A stretch of DNA of 64,000 nt from Octopus sinensis (taxonomy: Eukaryota), in contig NC_043002.1 of assembly GCF_006345805.1 (NCBI RefSeq), forward strand, positions 66,650,001 through 66,714,000, read 5' to 3'. Position numbers and translations under genes: made by a program. This document shows positions 14,145-26,887 of the stretch, piece after piece (the stretch's first letter is position 1; each line of letters begins with the position of its first letter). Below the pieces are notes generated by a model. The model saw only the letters and a list, made by a program, of their open reading frames with translations. It had not been told where the DNA came from and searched no databases.

Positions 14145-14441
14145 CAGTGGTACTCAACCGGAGTTCATAAGACCTCCTGAGGATCCATATAATATTTTAC
14201 GGGGTCCACGCTATAAAATAGTAAATTGTCCACAATTCTAAGGGCCTCTAAAAAAGTTTTGTTTCAGATAATTTGCAAGAAACAGGAAGGTTTCTTCCTC
14301 GAAAATTTTACTTTGTTCAAACTACACGAGTTAATATGTGCAAAACAAAATAGGAATTAAAAAAAGAACTAGTTTTAAACATCAAAATAGTAAGCAAAGG
14401 GCACCGTAGGTAAAAAAAAAAAAAAAGGTTGAGAACCGCAG
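14145..14441. mobile_element. hAT/Charlie-like MITE
   Basis: TIRs CAGTGGTACTCAACC and GGTTGAGAACCGCAG; both flanking 8-mers have a central TA; related copy at 38020. Confidence 0.75.
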
Positions 14442-14707
14442 TGCTAAGGATACTGTCGGTTTGAAAGAGATACACGTCTGCTATGATAATTTCTACATAT
14501 AAAGCATAATCAGTGTTCTCAATAATTAACCAGTTGCGAATCATAGTTAAAGCTAAAACATCACAAAATGCCATATAAACTGCGATATTTGTACGGAGAT
14601 AATAATCTCTTATAGGTTACTGTGTTTAATAAAATATATATATACCAGTAGCAGACGAAAATCGTCCAGTGATGTTTCAGTCACTATTTTCCTATATCAG
14701 TGACGAC

Positions 14708-14870
14708 GGTTAGATTGACTCAGTATGCAACTGGTACTTAATTTATCGACCCCGAAAGGATGAAAGGCAAAGTCGACCTCAGCGGAACTTGAACTTAGAA
14801 CGTAAAGACAGACGAAATACTGCTAAGTATTTCGTCCGGTGTACTAACGTTTCTGCCAGCTCGCCGCCTT
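14708..14870 (-). mobile_element. SINE family B
   Basis: atcgaccccgaaaggatgaaaggcaaagtcgacctc...ctgccagctcgccgcc. Confidence 0.85.
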
Positions 14871-15616
14871 AGTCCATAAGAGATATTATCTCCGGACGTA
14901 TACAGCAATTAATTTGCCTTTTCGTGATGTATTTGCATTAAGATGACTATTTTGATCTAATACCAGTTCTGTTACAAATAACGGATTTTGTCAATAATCG
15001 CTTTGAATTATGTTATATATCCAAATAAATCTGTTTGTTTGGACTTTCATTTGAAGCAGATCACTAACTATGCTTCTAGATTTTAATGAGTGATTTTCCT
15101 TGGAAAATAATCATATCTCAATGAGTGTATCATAAAACAAAAAAGGCTTTCATTTTACTTTGGTTTGTTTAAGCTTCTCTAAAACACTCCCAACACTAAA
15201 CCAATAAAACGGTTGAACAAGTAAGCAGGATGCTGGCCTTATGATCATAACGATCTTAGAATGAGTTCTTAATCGGGTGACGCGTTGTGTCCTTGTGCAA
15301 CGCACTTCATTTCGCGTTGCTCTAGGAGTTCAGCCCGAGCACTGGTGCAGCTCTCTCTCTCCCTCCCCTTATCTCTCCCATCTCTTTCCCTCTCTCTCCA
15401 CTCTTTCGCTCTCTCGAGCTGTCATACACTGGATACACTACCGAGTCAAAAAGTCGGAAACTCAAGAGGCTATCTGAGTTAGCTCGTGACTACGAAATCG
15501 TAATACACACTACCAAGCCTATTCGTTCCTTGGTGACGGCTGACAATTAACACACGCATGCACGCACGCACACATGTACACTCACATGCACACACACACA
15601 TATTCACCCCGGTGAC

Positions 15617-15920
<304 letters not shown>

Positions 15921-15941
15921 CTCTCTCTCTCTCTCTCTCGT

Positions 15942-15976
<35 letters not shown>

Positions 15977-15977
<1 letters not shown>

Positions 15978-16174
15978 GGGAGAGTTTACGAAAAAAACAG
16001 AAGACGAAGGCAGGTGGTGTACAAAACAAACAAATGTACAAAACAAAACAAACAACGCTCAGGAATAGAAAAAGTCTTTTACGTTTCGAGCCTACGCTCT
16101 TCTACAGAAAGGGACACAGAAAAAAACAAGGAGAGAAAAAAATGTGTGTAGTGGCTAACGATCTATCATGGCGA
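15977..16174 (-). mobile_element. HHR-bearing repeat P2, 3' end facing the microsatellite
   Basis: Terminal segment recurs in the opposite orientation at ~11232-11290 next to (TA)n. Confidence 0.65.
16073..16113 (-). ncRNA. Hammerhead-like motif with variant core CUGUAGA, GUA triplet
   Basis: Reverse complement CTTT-CTGTAGA-A-GAGC(GTAG)GCTC-GAAA-CGT-A-AAAG. Confidence 0.5.
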
Positions 16175-16335
16175 CTCAAGTTGTTATATAACTTGATTAA
16201 GCTCTATATCGCATAAAGTTTCGTGGTCGCAGAGGAGACATCCATGGAAATTGAGTCGAGCTGTTATTAACAGTATATGTAACTCCGACAAAACATATTG
16301 AGTGTTACTTTTTTCGTTTCTTCACTCCGTCATAT

Positions 16336-16563
16336 GAGTGTGTGTGTGTGAGAGAGAGTGTGTGTATGTGTGAATTTGTGTGTGAGAGAGAGAGAGTGTG
16401 TGTGTGTATGTGTTTGTGTGTGAGTGTGTCTGTATGAGAGTGTGTGTCTGTGTGAGAGAGTGTGTGTGTGAGTGTATGTTTGTGTGTGAATGTGTATATG
16501 TGTGTGAGTGTGTGTGTCTGTGTGAGATAGAAAGAGAGAGAGAGAGAGAGTGTGTGTGTGTGT
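16336..16563. repeat. (GT)n/(GA)n compound microsatellite
   Basis: Direct reading. Confidence 0.95.
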
Positions 16564-17045
16564 GTTCATCCATTCGTATTTTGTGTACCGTCAAAACACT
16601 AAACAAGTGAATGCATTTAATTGCAAGTAGGTGTGTCTGGATAGTTACATATCACCGTTCTAATCAACAAAAGTACTTGCATAATTATGGAGTGTTTTTG
16701 CTAATTAGCTATTGTAATTCCATCTGTCAACTTGTATATATTACGAAGAAGAATAGGTTCTGTTGTGTTAACTATTCAATAAGTTTATCTTCCCGTTTCA
16801 TGCAGATCTTGTCTCAGATGTCAATTAGTAGTAATGATTCATCCGCTCCAGACGGAGATGATTTTGATAAATTAAGAATCTATGTTGTTTCATATTTGTT
16901 GTACTAGTATTAGTCTATGTTGTTTAAATAGATACCACTGGCCCCTCTGAGCCGTCTTAATTCATTTTTGTTTAATTTACATAAATTACATAGCCGTAAA
17001 TGATCTCCATTCTGTTTTGTATGTCGGAGATAAGGCCAGACATGT

Positions 17046-17090
17046 GCCTTCCTGATGACGCCTATTGAAGCAGAAACACATGTACAGGAC
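17046..17090 (+). ncRNA. Degenerate hammerhead-like motif
   Basis: CTTC-CTGATGA-CGCCT(ATTG)AAGCA-GAAAC(ACAT)GT-A-CAGG; stems I and II imperfect. Confidence 0.4.
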
Positions 17091-17734
17091 TCATCTCTTA
17101 TCCTCAGAAAATAACCCCATCCTTTTCCTTAATGGTGCGTCAGCTCTGGAGAATTCTTAATTATTGCGATTTGGTGATTGTCTCTAGAGGCAGAGATAAT
17201 CTTAATGGATAAAAAATTTATGCTATATGGTATTTGATATACCTGCATATTTTTATGCTGTTCATATACTTGCCACATATACTAAGTTACTTCTCTCAGA
17301 TCATTTTTGTTTATACATATGAAATGTTGACGACTTGTGAACCAAAACTACGAAGTCGCTACCTAACCGACCCGTTTAAAACAGTCATAAAAATATACTC
17401 TACTAAAAATGTATTCAGTAATCCTTCAGCATAACGTTAAAATGCTTTTATACGTAACTGCACATAAAAAGAAATATCAATATACACATATACATGAGGT
17501 AGCAATAAAATAAGTACCAGTTGAGTACTGGGGTCGATGTAAACGATTTACCGCCATCCCCCAAAATGCTGGCCTTGTTTCAAAATTTAAAATTCATATT
17601 TGGTGTCATAGTAGATGGGATAAACCGTTTAATATATATTCTAATACTTTTTGAGGAAGCTAGATTGAAGACTAATCACTAATTCACGAGGTAATTTGTT
17701 CACAACTCTCATATTGTTTCAGTTTTTAGTACAA

Positions 17735-18165
17735 GACCAGCAATTTCAAGGGAAGGCTAAGTTGATTATATCGACCCCAGTGCTCAACTGGTACATATTT
17801 TACCGACCCCCGAAAGAATAAAAAGCAAAGTCAGCCTCGGCAGAATTTGAACTCAGGACGTGCAGACGGACGAAATACCGTTCAGCGGTCTGCCTGGCGT
17901 GTTAACGGTTATGCCAGCTCACCGCTTACATATTAATACATCCAGGTATCAAATTTCGGCACAAGGCCAGCAAATTAATGAGGGAGTAAGTTCATGGGAG
18001 GGAGTTCATCGACCTCAGTGTTCATCTAGTACTTATTTTATCGACAGTACCCCTCGCGAAAAGATGAAAAACAAAGCCAACCTCTGTTCAGAACGTACAG
18101 ACGGATGAAATGCCGCTAAGCATTTCGCCCGGCGTGCAAACATTTCTGCCAGCTCGCCGCCTTAT
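17735..18165 (-). mobile_element. Two adjacent SINE family B copies
   Basis: Two successive reverse-complement bodies ending in gccagctcaccgc and gccagctcgccgcc. Confidence 0.8.
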
Positions 18166-18749
18166 TACTGAGCTCTCATAATAATACATAATGATACAAT
18201 AGTTAGTGAAATATTTTAATGTAAATAGTATTTTGCAAACTAGCGACACCAAATCTTTTTTTTTTTTTAAGTTACACCAACTCTGATGATCCACTTTTTT
18301 CTTTGTACTTGCAATTTCTGTAGCTGTAGACAAAAGAGGAACAGAATTCCCCAAGTTTACTTTTTATACATAACAAAGGCGTTTTTATTTTGGAGAACTA
18401 CTAATAGCTGAGCCATAAGGATATCCATAACCAATGCACTTAATGTTGAACGACACAATTTATTTAGATGTAAATAGTTACGACAGTACTATATTATTCA
18501 CTTACATATGTACCTTTAACAACGTAACACTGGTATTTCGTAGCCCAGTTTTTTGTTTCATAAAACATAGCCTGGAGTGGAGTAGGCTCTGCCAAGTTGA
18601 TTGAATTTAGATACATTGGTATTAAATTGAAACAGTGATATTCCTGCAACCAATACGTTATAAAACTCCTTAATTCACTCAATATATTAATCCTTTCTGC
18701 TAGAAACAGAAAGCTTGAAATTTTAGCTTGAAATTTTACATCGACTGCG

Positions 18750-18900
18750 GTACTCAATTGGTATTATATTTTATCAACTCCGAAAGGGTGAAAAGTATAG
18801 TCGACTTCGGCTGAATTTGAGCTCAGAACATAAAGACGAACGAAATGCCGCTAAGCATTTTGTCCCGCGTGCCAACAATTCTGTTAACTCGCCGCCTCAC
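18750..18900 (-). mobile_element. SINE family B
   Basis: gaatttgagctcagaacataaagacgaacgaaatgccgctaagcatttt. Confidence 0.8.
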
Positions 18901-19174
18901 TCAACAAATTACTAATGTTCATGTGTTATAAGACTGGTTAAGCCTCGGGCATATTATTCATGTCTGTGGCCTAGTTTTGATTTCGTTTATTAGTCAGTTT
19001 ACCTTAGTGTTTCTGTATACGATTTCTTTTCCATAGCATGATCGTGAATAAGTTCTGATGGATTGACTTCCGTTTTCACCCACAACCCCTACATACAACG
19101 GAAGGATAAAATTTTCGATGGTGCTTCATTGGGTCAAGATATGTTACAGGAAACATTATTTTCAATTAATACGT

Positions 19175-19704
19175 AGGCCTAGCTGTACAGTTAAGAAACT
19201 CGCTAGGAAATTATGTTTTCGGGTTCAACCATACGGCACCCCCGATAAGTTTCTTCGACTATAACCTCATGACGATCAATAACTTGTGAATGAATTTGGT
19301 AGACGGAAACTGTTTGGAAGCTCGTCATAAATATAGATGTGTGTATGTGTGTGTTTACGTGTGTACGTTGTGTGAGTGTTATGTGTGTGTATGTGTGTGC
19401 ATGTATGTTGTGTGTATATGTGCGTGTGCGTGTGCGTGTGTGTGTGTGTGTGCGCGCGCGCGCGTGTGTGTGTGTGTGTTTGTGTGTGTCTTTGCGTTTG
19501 TGTTTGTCCTCCCGTCAATTGACAGCCGATGCTGGTTTGCTTACGTTCGCATAAGTTAGCGGTTCGGCACAGGGACCCATAGAATTAAAAATAAAACTTA
19601 AAAAGAACAGTACTGGTGTCGATTTGTTCGACTAAGAACTCTTCATAGCAGTGCTCCAGTATGGTCGCAGTCTCTTGACTGAAACAAGTTAGAGGTAAAA
19701 GATA
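19175..19704 (+). mobile_element. SINE family A, diverged, with expanded internal (GT)n
   Basis: ggtagacggaaactg...gtcgatttgttcgact...tgactgaaacaag. Confidence 0.75.
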
Positions 19705-20346
19705 ATTTAAGGTAAATTTTACGAACATGAAATAGTAGTCTGAATATTTTTTATTGGTGCCTTTGTTTCATAGACATATTCAAACACACACACACACACA
19801 CACACCCACACACACACGCGCACCCCAGAACCTTCATATATTTCCATTTGTTATATAAAAAGACACACGGTAGATATATCTACACAATCATACCATGCGG
19901 CCGTATGTATACGTTTATGTAAACACACACACTATACAGTAGTTATGTGTGTCTGTATACAGATTGCTTTTCCTTTACTTGTATCATGTTGAACACACAT
20001 CTGTCTAATTTGCTGGTTAATTTAATATTCAATTACTTGGTAAATCTAATTATCATTCTCATTTAGTCGACATCTTGAAATTGTAACTTGTAAATCTCCC
20101 GCTATAACAAATGTCAATGCGGTAGTATAACCATTGAATCTTAGTCTAAATCAATCACTGCATCTGGTCAGTTAAAGCTGTTGGTATCGTCCATTTACAT
20201 TGTTTTCTTTATATTTTGACAGGAAAATAAAACGGCCAAAATTTAATTGTAAGATAAATGAAAAAATGCAGAGAAATTAACGAACATAAATGTCAAAAAT
20301 ATGATGCAAATAAACAACTAAATGTAACAGCATTTATCATTATTAT

Positions 20347-20810
20347 AAATGCCTTGATGCAGTGCCAGGCAGTGGCTCTCATAGCTTCTGATCTTAACTG
20401 ATTGGAAGTGTTATGTACACGTTTTGTCTTGGTATAAAAAATGGGTAAGTATTCTGCTCAATACCACATATAGCCAGTTGAGCATGTCCCTTCGACGTTG
20501 ACGATATGTGTAGCTCTGATCACGAGCAGGAATAGTGGGGGAGCATCATAGCCATGTGCTGGAAAGAATTCTTTGGGGTTTGAATAATTCACTTCTGAAA
20601 ACAGGTGTTTTGTTCCTCATCCTTAAACAAATATTATTCGGGAACTTTTTGAGCAGGATGGGCTACTCGAACGGAAGAAAATTCTAACTGGAGTCCAACT
20701 ACAAATTCATGCGCTGTTTATCTTGATATGAGATCGCCATATTGCGCATTTATGGTTGTTATGCATGTGCCTGGTGTACTCTTATCGGACAATTAGTCAT
20801 GATGGGCATC
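20347..20810 (+). mobile_element. Non-coding TAA-associated dispersed element (family T), longest 5' end
   Basis: Homologous to 34494-34868 (-) and 53511-53961 (+). Confidence 0.75.
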
Positions 20811-20925
20811 AATATATATATATATCAATATATGTATATATACATATATATATATATCAATATATGTATATATACATTTCGACCGAAATAATAATGTATA
20901 TATATATATATATCTCACCGTGATC

Positions 20926-21218
20926 ACCGTGACCGACCAGGCCATCAGATGTTGTTACACATCGCTGGTCACAATGCGCTTCGCATTGTTTTAGCCTTCA
21001 AATGACGCCACCCCGCTGGCTAAGCGAGCAGGCCAACAGAAGAAAGAGTGAGAGAAAGTTGTGGCGAAAGAGTACAGCAGGGATCGCCACCACCCCCTGA
21101 GGTGGAGCTTTAGGTGTTTTCGCTCAATAAACACTCACAACGCCCGGTCTGGGAATCGAAACCGCGACCCTACGACCGCGAGTCCGCTGCCCTAACAACT
21201 AGGCCATTGCGCCTCCAC
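20926..21218 (-). mobile_element. tRNA-derived SINE, family D
   Basis: Reverse-complement head tggcctagttgttagggcagcggactcgcggtcgtagggtcgcggtttcgattccc has A and B boxes; 3' remnant also near 33010. Confidence 0.8.
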
Positions 21219-21221
21219 ATT

Positions 21222-21229
21222 ATTTATAT

Positions 21230-21272
<43 letters not shown>

Positions 21273-21393
21273 ATATATATATATATAATATATATTATTA
21301 TAATATATATATTATATATATATATATATATTATATATATATATATATATATTATATATAATATATAATATATATTATATTATATATATAATA

Positions 21394-21433
<40 letters not shown>

Positions 21434-21502
21434 TATTATATATATATAGTATATATATTATATTATTATTATATTATATATATATATATATATATATATT
21501 AT
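21222..21502. repeat. Long degenerate (TA)n tract
   Basis: Direct reading. Confidence 0.95.
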
Positions 21503-22008
21503 ATTAATATGCCAAGCATGTATGCCCTCCTCGTGCGGAGACGACTGCGCTGGCTCGGACACGTCTGCCGCATGCAGGACGGTCGCATGCCTAAAGACAT
21601 CCTGTACAGCGAACTCACCACGGGATCCCGAACCAAGGGACGTCCACAGCTACGATACAGGACGTGTGCAAGCGCGACCTGAGGACTGCCAACATCTGTG
21701 TGGACACGTGGGAGGAACAGCTGCTGACCGCTCTGCCTGGCGTCGGACGGTGAGGAAAGGCGTTTCCATGGCTGAGGAGAGGAGAGCACAGATGTGGTTG
21801 ACAGGGCGGGACAGGAGGAGGACAACTGCAGCAGCAACCCCCCACACGTACCCATCGATGTTCGTGTGCAGCAACTGTACCAAGGACTGCCACTCTAGAA
21901 TTGGCCTGTTCAGTCAAAGCAGACGCTGCACATCATCAAAGTAGGCCCCACCCTTGGCGCAACCCATTGTCTATCAAGACAGACGGGGATAAAGAATAAG
22001 AATAAAGA

Positions 22009-22010
<2 letters not shown>
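21503..22010 (+). mobile_element. RTE-clade LINE 3' fragment (5'-truncated, two frameshifts)
   Basis: RRLRWLGHVCRMQDGRMPKDILYSEL..GRPQLRY / DVCKRDL / ADRSAWR / FVCSNCTKDCHSRIGLFSQ; stop at 21944; short (AAGAAT)-type tail. Confidence 0.92.
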
Positions 22011-22046
<36 letters not shown>

Positions 22047-22117
22047 TATATATATATATATATATATAATATAATTAATAATAAAATAAAACATATGCAT
22101 ATATACATACATATATG

Positions 22118-22329
22118 TACGTACCTACCTCTACATGTATATATACATGCATATATGGATACAGGACACCAAAAAAACGTCGAACACAATGAGAAACGAA
22201 AACATAAACACAAAACCAAGGAACTGGATATTTTTCTTAAACAACGAAAAAATAGAGTACAGGACAAATAACACAAGGAAAATTCCCCTTCTTCAGTCGC
22301 CATGGTTTCATCTACCCTGCGTTTCGACG

Positions 22330-22330
<1 letters not shown>
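22118..22330 (-). mobile_element. Repeat P3, inverted copy of 8185-8400
   Basis: Reverse complement aligns with gaaacgcag..gatgaaaccatgg.gactgaagaaggg.aatttt..ttgtgttatttgtcctgtactct. Confidence 0.7.
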
Positions 22331-22360
<30 letters not shown>

Positions 22361-22609
22361 ACACAAGGGATTTCTACACAGTTTCCGTCTAAAAAATTAC
22401 TCACCAGACATTGGTTGGTCCGAAACTATAGTAGAAGACACTCACACAAGCTGTCGCGCAACGGAACTCAACCCAAATTCACGTTGTAACAAATCCAACT
22501 TCTTAATCGTACAGCAAAGAAGGCTTTATAATCGATATGTTGCGGATATGCTTCTTGATCAAAGCGTAATGAACACAAAATCAACTCTTGTAGAAATTTT
22601 ACTCACAGA

Positions 22610-23160
22610 ATGTTTATTCTTTTCTACTCTAGGCACAAGGCCTGAAATTTTGGAGAGGGGGGTCAGTCGGTTAGATCAACCCAGTACGCAACTGATACTT
22701 AATTTATCGACCCCGAAACGATGAAAGGCAAAGTCGACCTCGGCGGAATTTGAACTCAGAACGTAGCGGCAGACGAAATACCGCTAAGCATTTCGCCCGG
22801 TGTGCTAACGTTTCTTATTTCTTTATTACCCACAAGGGGCCAAACACAGAGGGGACAATCAAGGACAGACAACGGGATTAAGTCGGCGGAATCTGAACTC
22901 AGAACATAAAGACAGACAAAATACCTATTTCTTTACTACCCACAAGCGGCTAAACACACAGAGGACAAACAAGGACAGACAAACGGATTAAGTCGATTAC
23001 ATCGACCCCAGTGCGTAACTGGTATTTAATATATCGACCCCGAAAGGATGAAACGCAAAGTCGACCTCGGTAGAATTTGAACTCAGAACGTAACGGCAGA
23101 CGAAATACGGCTACGCATTTCGCCCGGCGTGCCAACGTTTCTGTCAGCTCGCCGCCTTCA
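22610..23160 (-). mobile_element. SINE family B trimer-like array
   Basis: Head at ~23160, three gaactcagaac units separated by two cccacaag..ggacagac..ggattaagtcg linkers, terminal ctaggcacaaggcc segment. Confidence 0.85.
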
Positions 23161-23297
23161 CGCAGAGAATGTATATAAAAAAAAACATTTAGTTCCCATC
23201 TGCAACAACTCATCCGTTTTGATATTTTCGAAAATTAATTACGTTTGTCAATTCGTCTTGAAAGATTCCTGATGTGAAATCGTGTGTTGAAGCAGAT

Positions 23298-23373
23298 ATT
23301 GTTGTATTTCGGGATGGTCATTTTATATATTTATTTTTTTATTTTTTGCCAAATAAACAAATAAACACACGCA

Positions 23374-23450
<77 letters not shown>

Positions 23451-23735
23451 TTCTTCACTCGTTTATTACTGTTATTTTATTCAGCGATACTTTTCGTTTC
23501 CGTGTGTTCTTGCTCCACTTTTTCCATTCTCTGAAAACACACACGGAAACGAAAAGCGTCGCTGAAGAGGTCACAGATGTGTGACGAAAAATTTCCGGAC
23601 AATGGACAAGCGTTAAAATAATAAAATATCAATAATAAACGAATGAAGAAAAAAAGAAAAAAAATATATAGTGCGTGTGTTTATTTGGTAAAATATAAAT
23701 AAATAAATAAAATGACCGTCCCGAAATAAAACAAT
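23298..23735. repeat. ~440-bp imperfect inverted repeat (PLE inverted pseudo-LTR-like)
   Basis: Left arm attgttgtatttcgggatggtcatt..ttcagcgatacttttcgtttccgtgtgt mirrors right arm acacacggaaacgaaaagcgtcgctgaa..aatgaccgtcccgaaataaaacaat. Confidence 0.8.
23557..23600 (+). ncRNA. Minimal type I hammerhead motif, UUC triplet
   Basis: GTCG-CTGAAGA-G-GTCACA(GATG)TGTGAC-GAA-AAATTT-C-CGGAC; 6-bp stem II and palindromic stem III. Confidence 0.6.
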
Positions 23736-23812
23736 AAAATTAATTACATTTATCAGAAAAATACAAGGTAATAATGGCCGTCATATTGCTTTTTATTTCT
23801 TTTCTTTATTTT

Positions 23813-24228
23813 TTTTTTACTCTTTTACTCCTTTACACGTTTCAGTCATTTGACAGCGGCCATCTGAAGCACCGCCTTTAGTCGAACAAATCAACCCCCA
23901 GGACTTATTCTTTGTAAGTTTAGTACTTATCCTATCGGTCTCTTTTGCCGAACGTCTAAGTTTCGGGGACATAAACATACCAGCGTCGGTTGTCAAGCGA
24001 TGGCAAGGGGGCAAACACAGACACAAAGACACACACATAAATATATATACTCATATATATATACACGACAGGCTTCTTTCAGTTTCCGTCTACCAAATCC
24101 ACTCACAAGGCTTTGGTGGGCCCGGGGCTATAATAGAAGACACTTGCCCAAGGTACCACGCTGTGGGATAGAATCCGGAACCATGTGGATGGGAAGTAAG
24201 TTTCTTACCTCACAGCCACTCCTGTACA
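23813..24228 (-). mobile_element. SINE family A
   Basis: Reverse complement of the full element with the ttttactc tail. Confidence 0.88.
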
Positions 24229-25244
24229 TATTTCATATATTAATCTTCAATCTTTTTTCTTTTTGCTTTTATCGTTTTTCTCTGACGTCTGAATAGACAA
24301 TGAAGTTAAGCACAGATTCTTCAAACAAACAGACATTTCTCTGTACAGAACAATGTGACAGTCACAGTTCATATAAGGTCATAATAATATGGAAAAATTT
24401 AAGGAAACAAAATAGTAAATAACACTCGTTTGTCATTACGGAAAACATCGGACGATAGAAATTCATAGAAAATAATTAGCGAACAATAATTTCATAAATA
24501 TGCCATAAATTGTAATAAGTTTTGTGATTCAGTATTTTGCCAAATTAAGTAATTTTACCAACCTGAAACACCACTTAAATTATTATGCGGTCATCATAAC
24601 TATTATTCATGAATAGCGGATTTATTGAAGTTAGTTACTAAAAATACGTGGAATTTAATGTGCTACAGATTCGAAGTAGTCAGTAGAATTTGAGAACTGA
24701 TGTCTATTATATAACATGTCATATCCTACATCTAAGTTCATTCACTTGAGTAGGTTATTTGAATAGATGCGTCATACACAGGACTTGCATGATTTTCAAA
24801 TATTAATTATATAAAGTTTCGTTGAGGTCATATAAATCGTCCTGTAAGGTACCATTGAACATTGAATGTCTAAATAATACTTTCCCAATGGAACATTTGT
24901 TATATCTATTAAATATACTTGACCATGTGTATTTTAGAATTTTATATGTTTATTACTATTTTACCTGTATGTTTCCTTCACAAGAAGTAAAAAAGCATGC
25001 AGCCTAACTGTGTTTCCAAGGACAAGGTATAAGTGCCAGATGACAGTACCCCACCGAAGCAAGTTAGACAGTAGCCACGTTTATATAGCCTTTTAGGAAT
25101 AGCTTCATCTTAAAGTGTTTCTGTGACTATCCACGCTGAGTGACTTCTTCCTTATTCTCTAAAGGGAGATCGGATCCAAACCAAACTTTAACTAGATCTT
25201 CAGTCAAGTGATAGAAGCTAGTGCTCGTTGTACCAGCTTGCCTC

Positions 25245-25700
25245 TCATAGGCTGACCGCGTCAAGTATGAAGGTTACAGTAAATCTGCTGGGAATCGCTT
25301 CTCTATGTTTCTCAACCCAATATTTTATGTCAGTAATTCCCAAATCATGTGGGATGTTCGTATATAAGTTTGTTACATCAAAACTAACTAACAGTGAATG
25401 GGATTCCATTGTTTTGGGCAGATGTGACAGGAAATCGATGTCATCTCGAATGAGACTGGGTATGTGACTACATAGTGGTTTTAGGATAATGTCAAAGATG
25501 TTGCTCAGATGATGTGTAGGACAGGCTGGACCAGCTATAATGGATCTTATTGGGACCAGCTATAATGGGTCTTTTGGTTGTAGTAGTTTTGTGTATTCAC
25601 AACCTTGTTCTTTTATAGCGTTCTGTATTTCTTGTCACTTGTGTATTTTAGGTAAGCCATAGAAGTTTCTGGATTTTGACTCAAAATTGGTGATATAGTC
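25245..25700 (-). pseudogene. Penelope-like element reverse transcriptase fragment
   Basis: Manual translation: NFYGLPKIHK*... then IRSIIAGPACPTHHLSNIFDIILKPLCSHIPSLIRDDIDFL...LVSFDVTNLYTNIPHDLG; absent from the ORF track. Confidence 0.88.
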
Positions 25701-25904
25701 CCCTTTAATAGAAAGCATGATGAAACTCAATTATTTAGTCTCAATTATAACTTCCTCACTTTAAATGAAATTCCCTCCTAAATAACAATCTTGAGAAATT
25801 AGGCTTTTCAAAACCAGAAAGAAGAAAGCTAATTTGAACAGTACAAATCCAATCCAACATTGGAACTGTAGAAATTTGTAAAATTTTCTAGAAGTTTATT
25901 AATT

Positions 25905-26169
25905 AAATATATATATGAGCATGTCTAGATATGCAACTATATGCATGAGAATACATATATAAAGCAAAACATACAAATCTGCACACATACCTACATACAT
26001 ACACACACACACATATACACATACATACACACACGCAGACACACACACATACATACACATACACATATACATACATACACACACGCAGATACACACACAC
26101 ATACATACACACATACATACATACATACATACATACATACATACATACATACATACATACATACATACA

Positions 26170-26203
<34 letters not shown>

Positions 26204-26420
26204 CATACATACATACATACATACATACATACATACATACATACATACATACATACATACATACATACATACATACATACATGCATACATACAACATACA
26301 TACATACATACATAATACATACATACATACATACATACATATACATACATACATACATACATACATACATACATACATACATACATACATACATACATAC
26401 ATACATACATACATACATAC
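25905..26420. repeat. (CATA)n/(CA)n microsatellite
   Basis: Direct reading. Confidence 0.95.
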
Positions 26421-26598
26421 AAAAGTACCCTGTTGTTGATGCTGAAATTCTAATGAAGGAGCCTTGGATCTAGGTTAGAAACCAACTTTTTCTCCATTGG
26501 CAAGAAATCGTGAAATAAAACTAAATAATGGCATACATACATACATAATACATACATACACACTTATACACATATGCACATACTCAAACGAATAGCCT

Positions 26599-26790
26599 CA
26601 TGTGAATCGTTGGCGATTTTTCCCCTCCGTCTTCCTTTTCTATTGGACTTTCCTCTGCGGCTGAAGAAGAGCTTTGCTCGAAACGTTGAACCACCTTTCT
26701 TTCCTTCCCTGAGCGTCTACTAATACTTTACATGTACCACGTTCTCGCGTTGCTGTTTTTTTGTGTTTGTTCTTTTTTGTTTGGATTTAC
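26599..26790 (+). mobile_element. Diverged P1-like repeat with HHR core at 26661-26687
   Basis: CTGAAGA-A-GAGC(TTT)GCTC-GAAA-CGT-T; stem I decayed. Confidence 0.6.
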
Positions 26791-26887
26791 TATATATATG
26801 TGTATGTATGTCTGTATGTATGTATGTATGTATGTATATATATATATATACTTACATATGTACTTGTGTATGTATTTATGCAAACAC

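Noticed and set aside
26445-26490. CTAATGA..AGCCT/AGGTT..GAAAC as a hammerhead
   Set aside because: G5 is missing and stems I and III are not formed; at most a very decayed relic.
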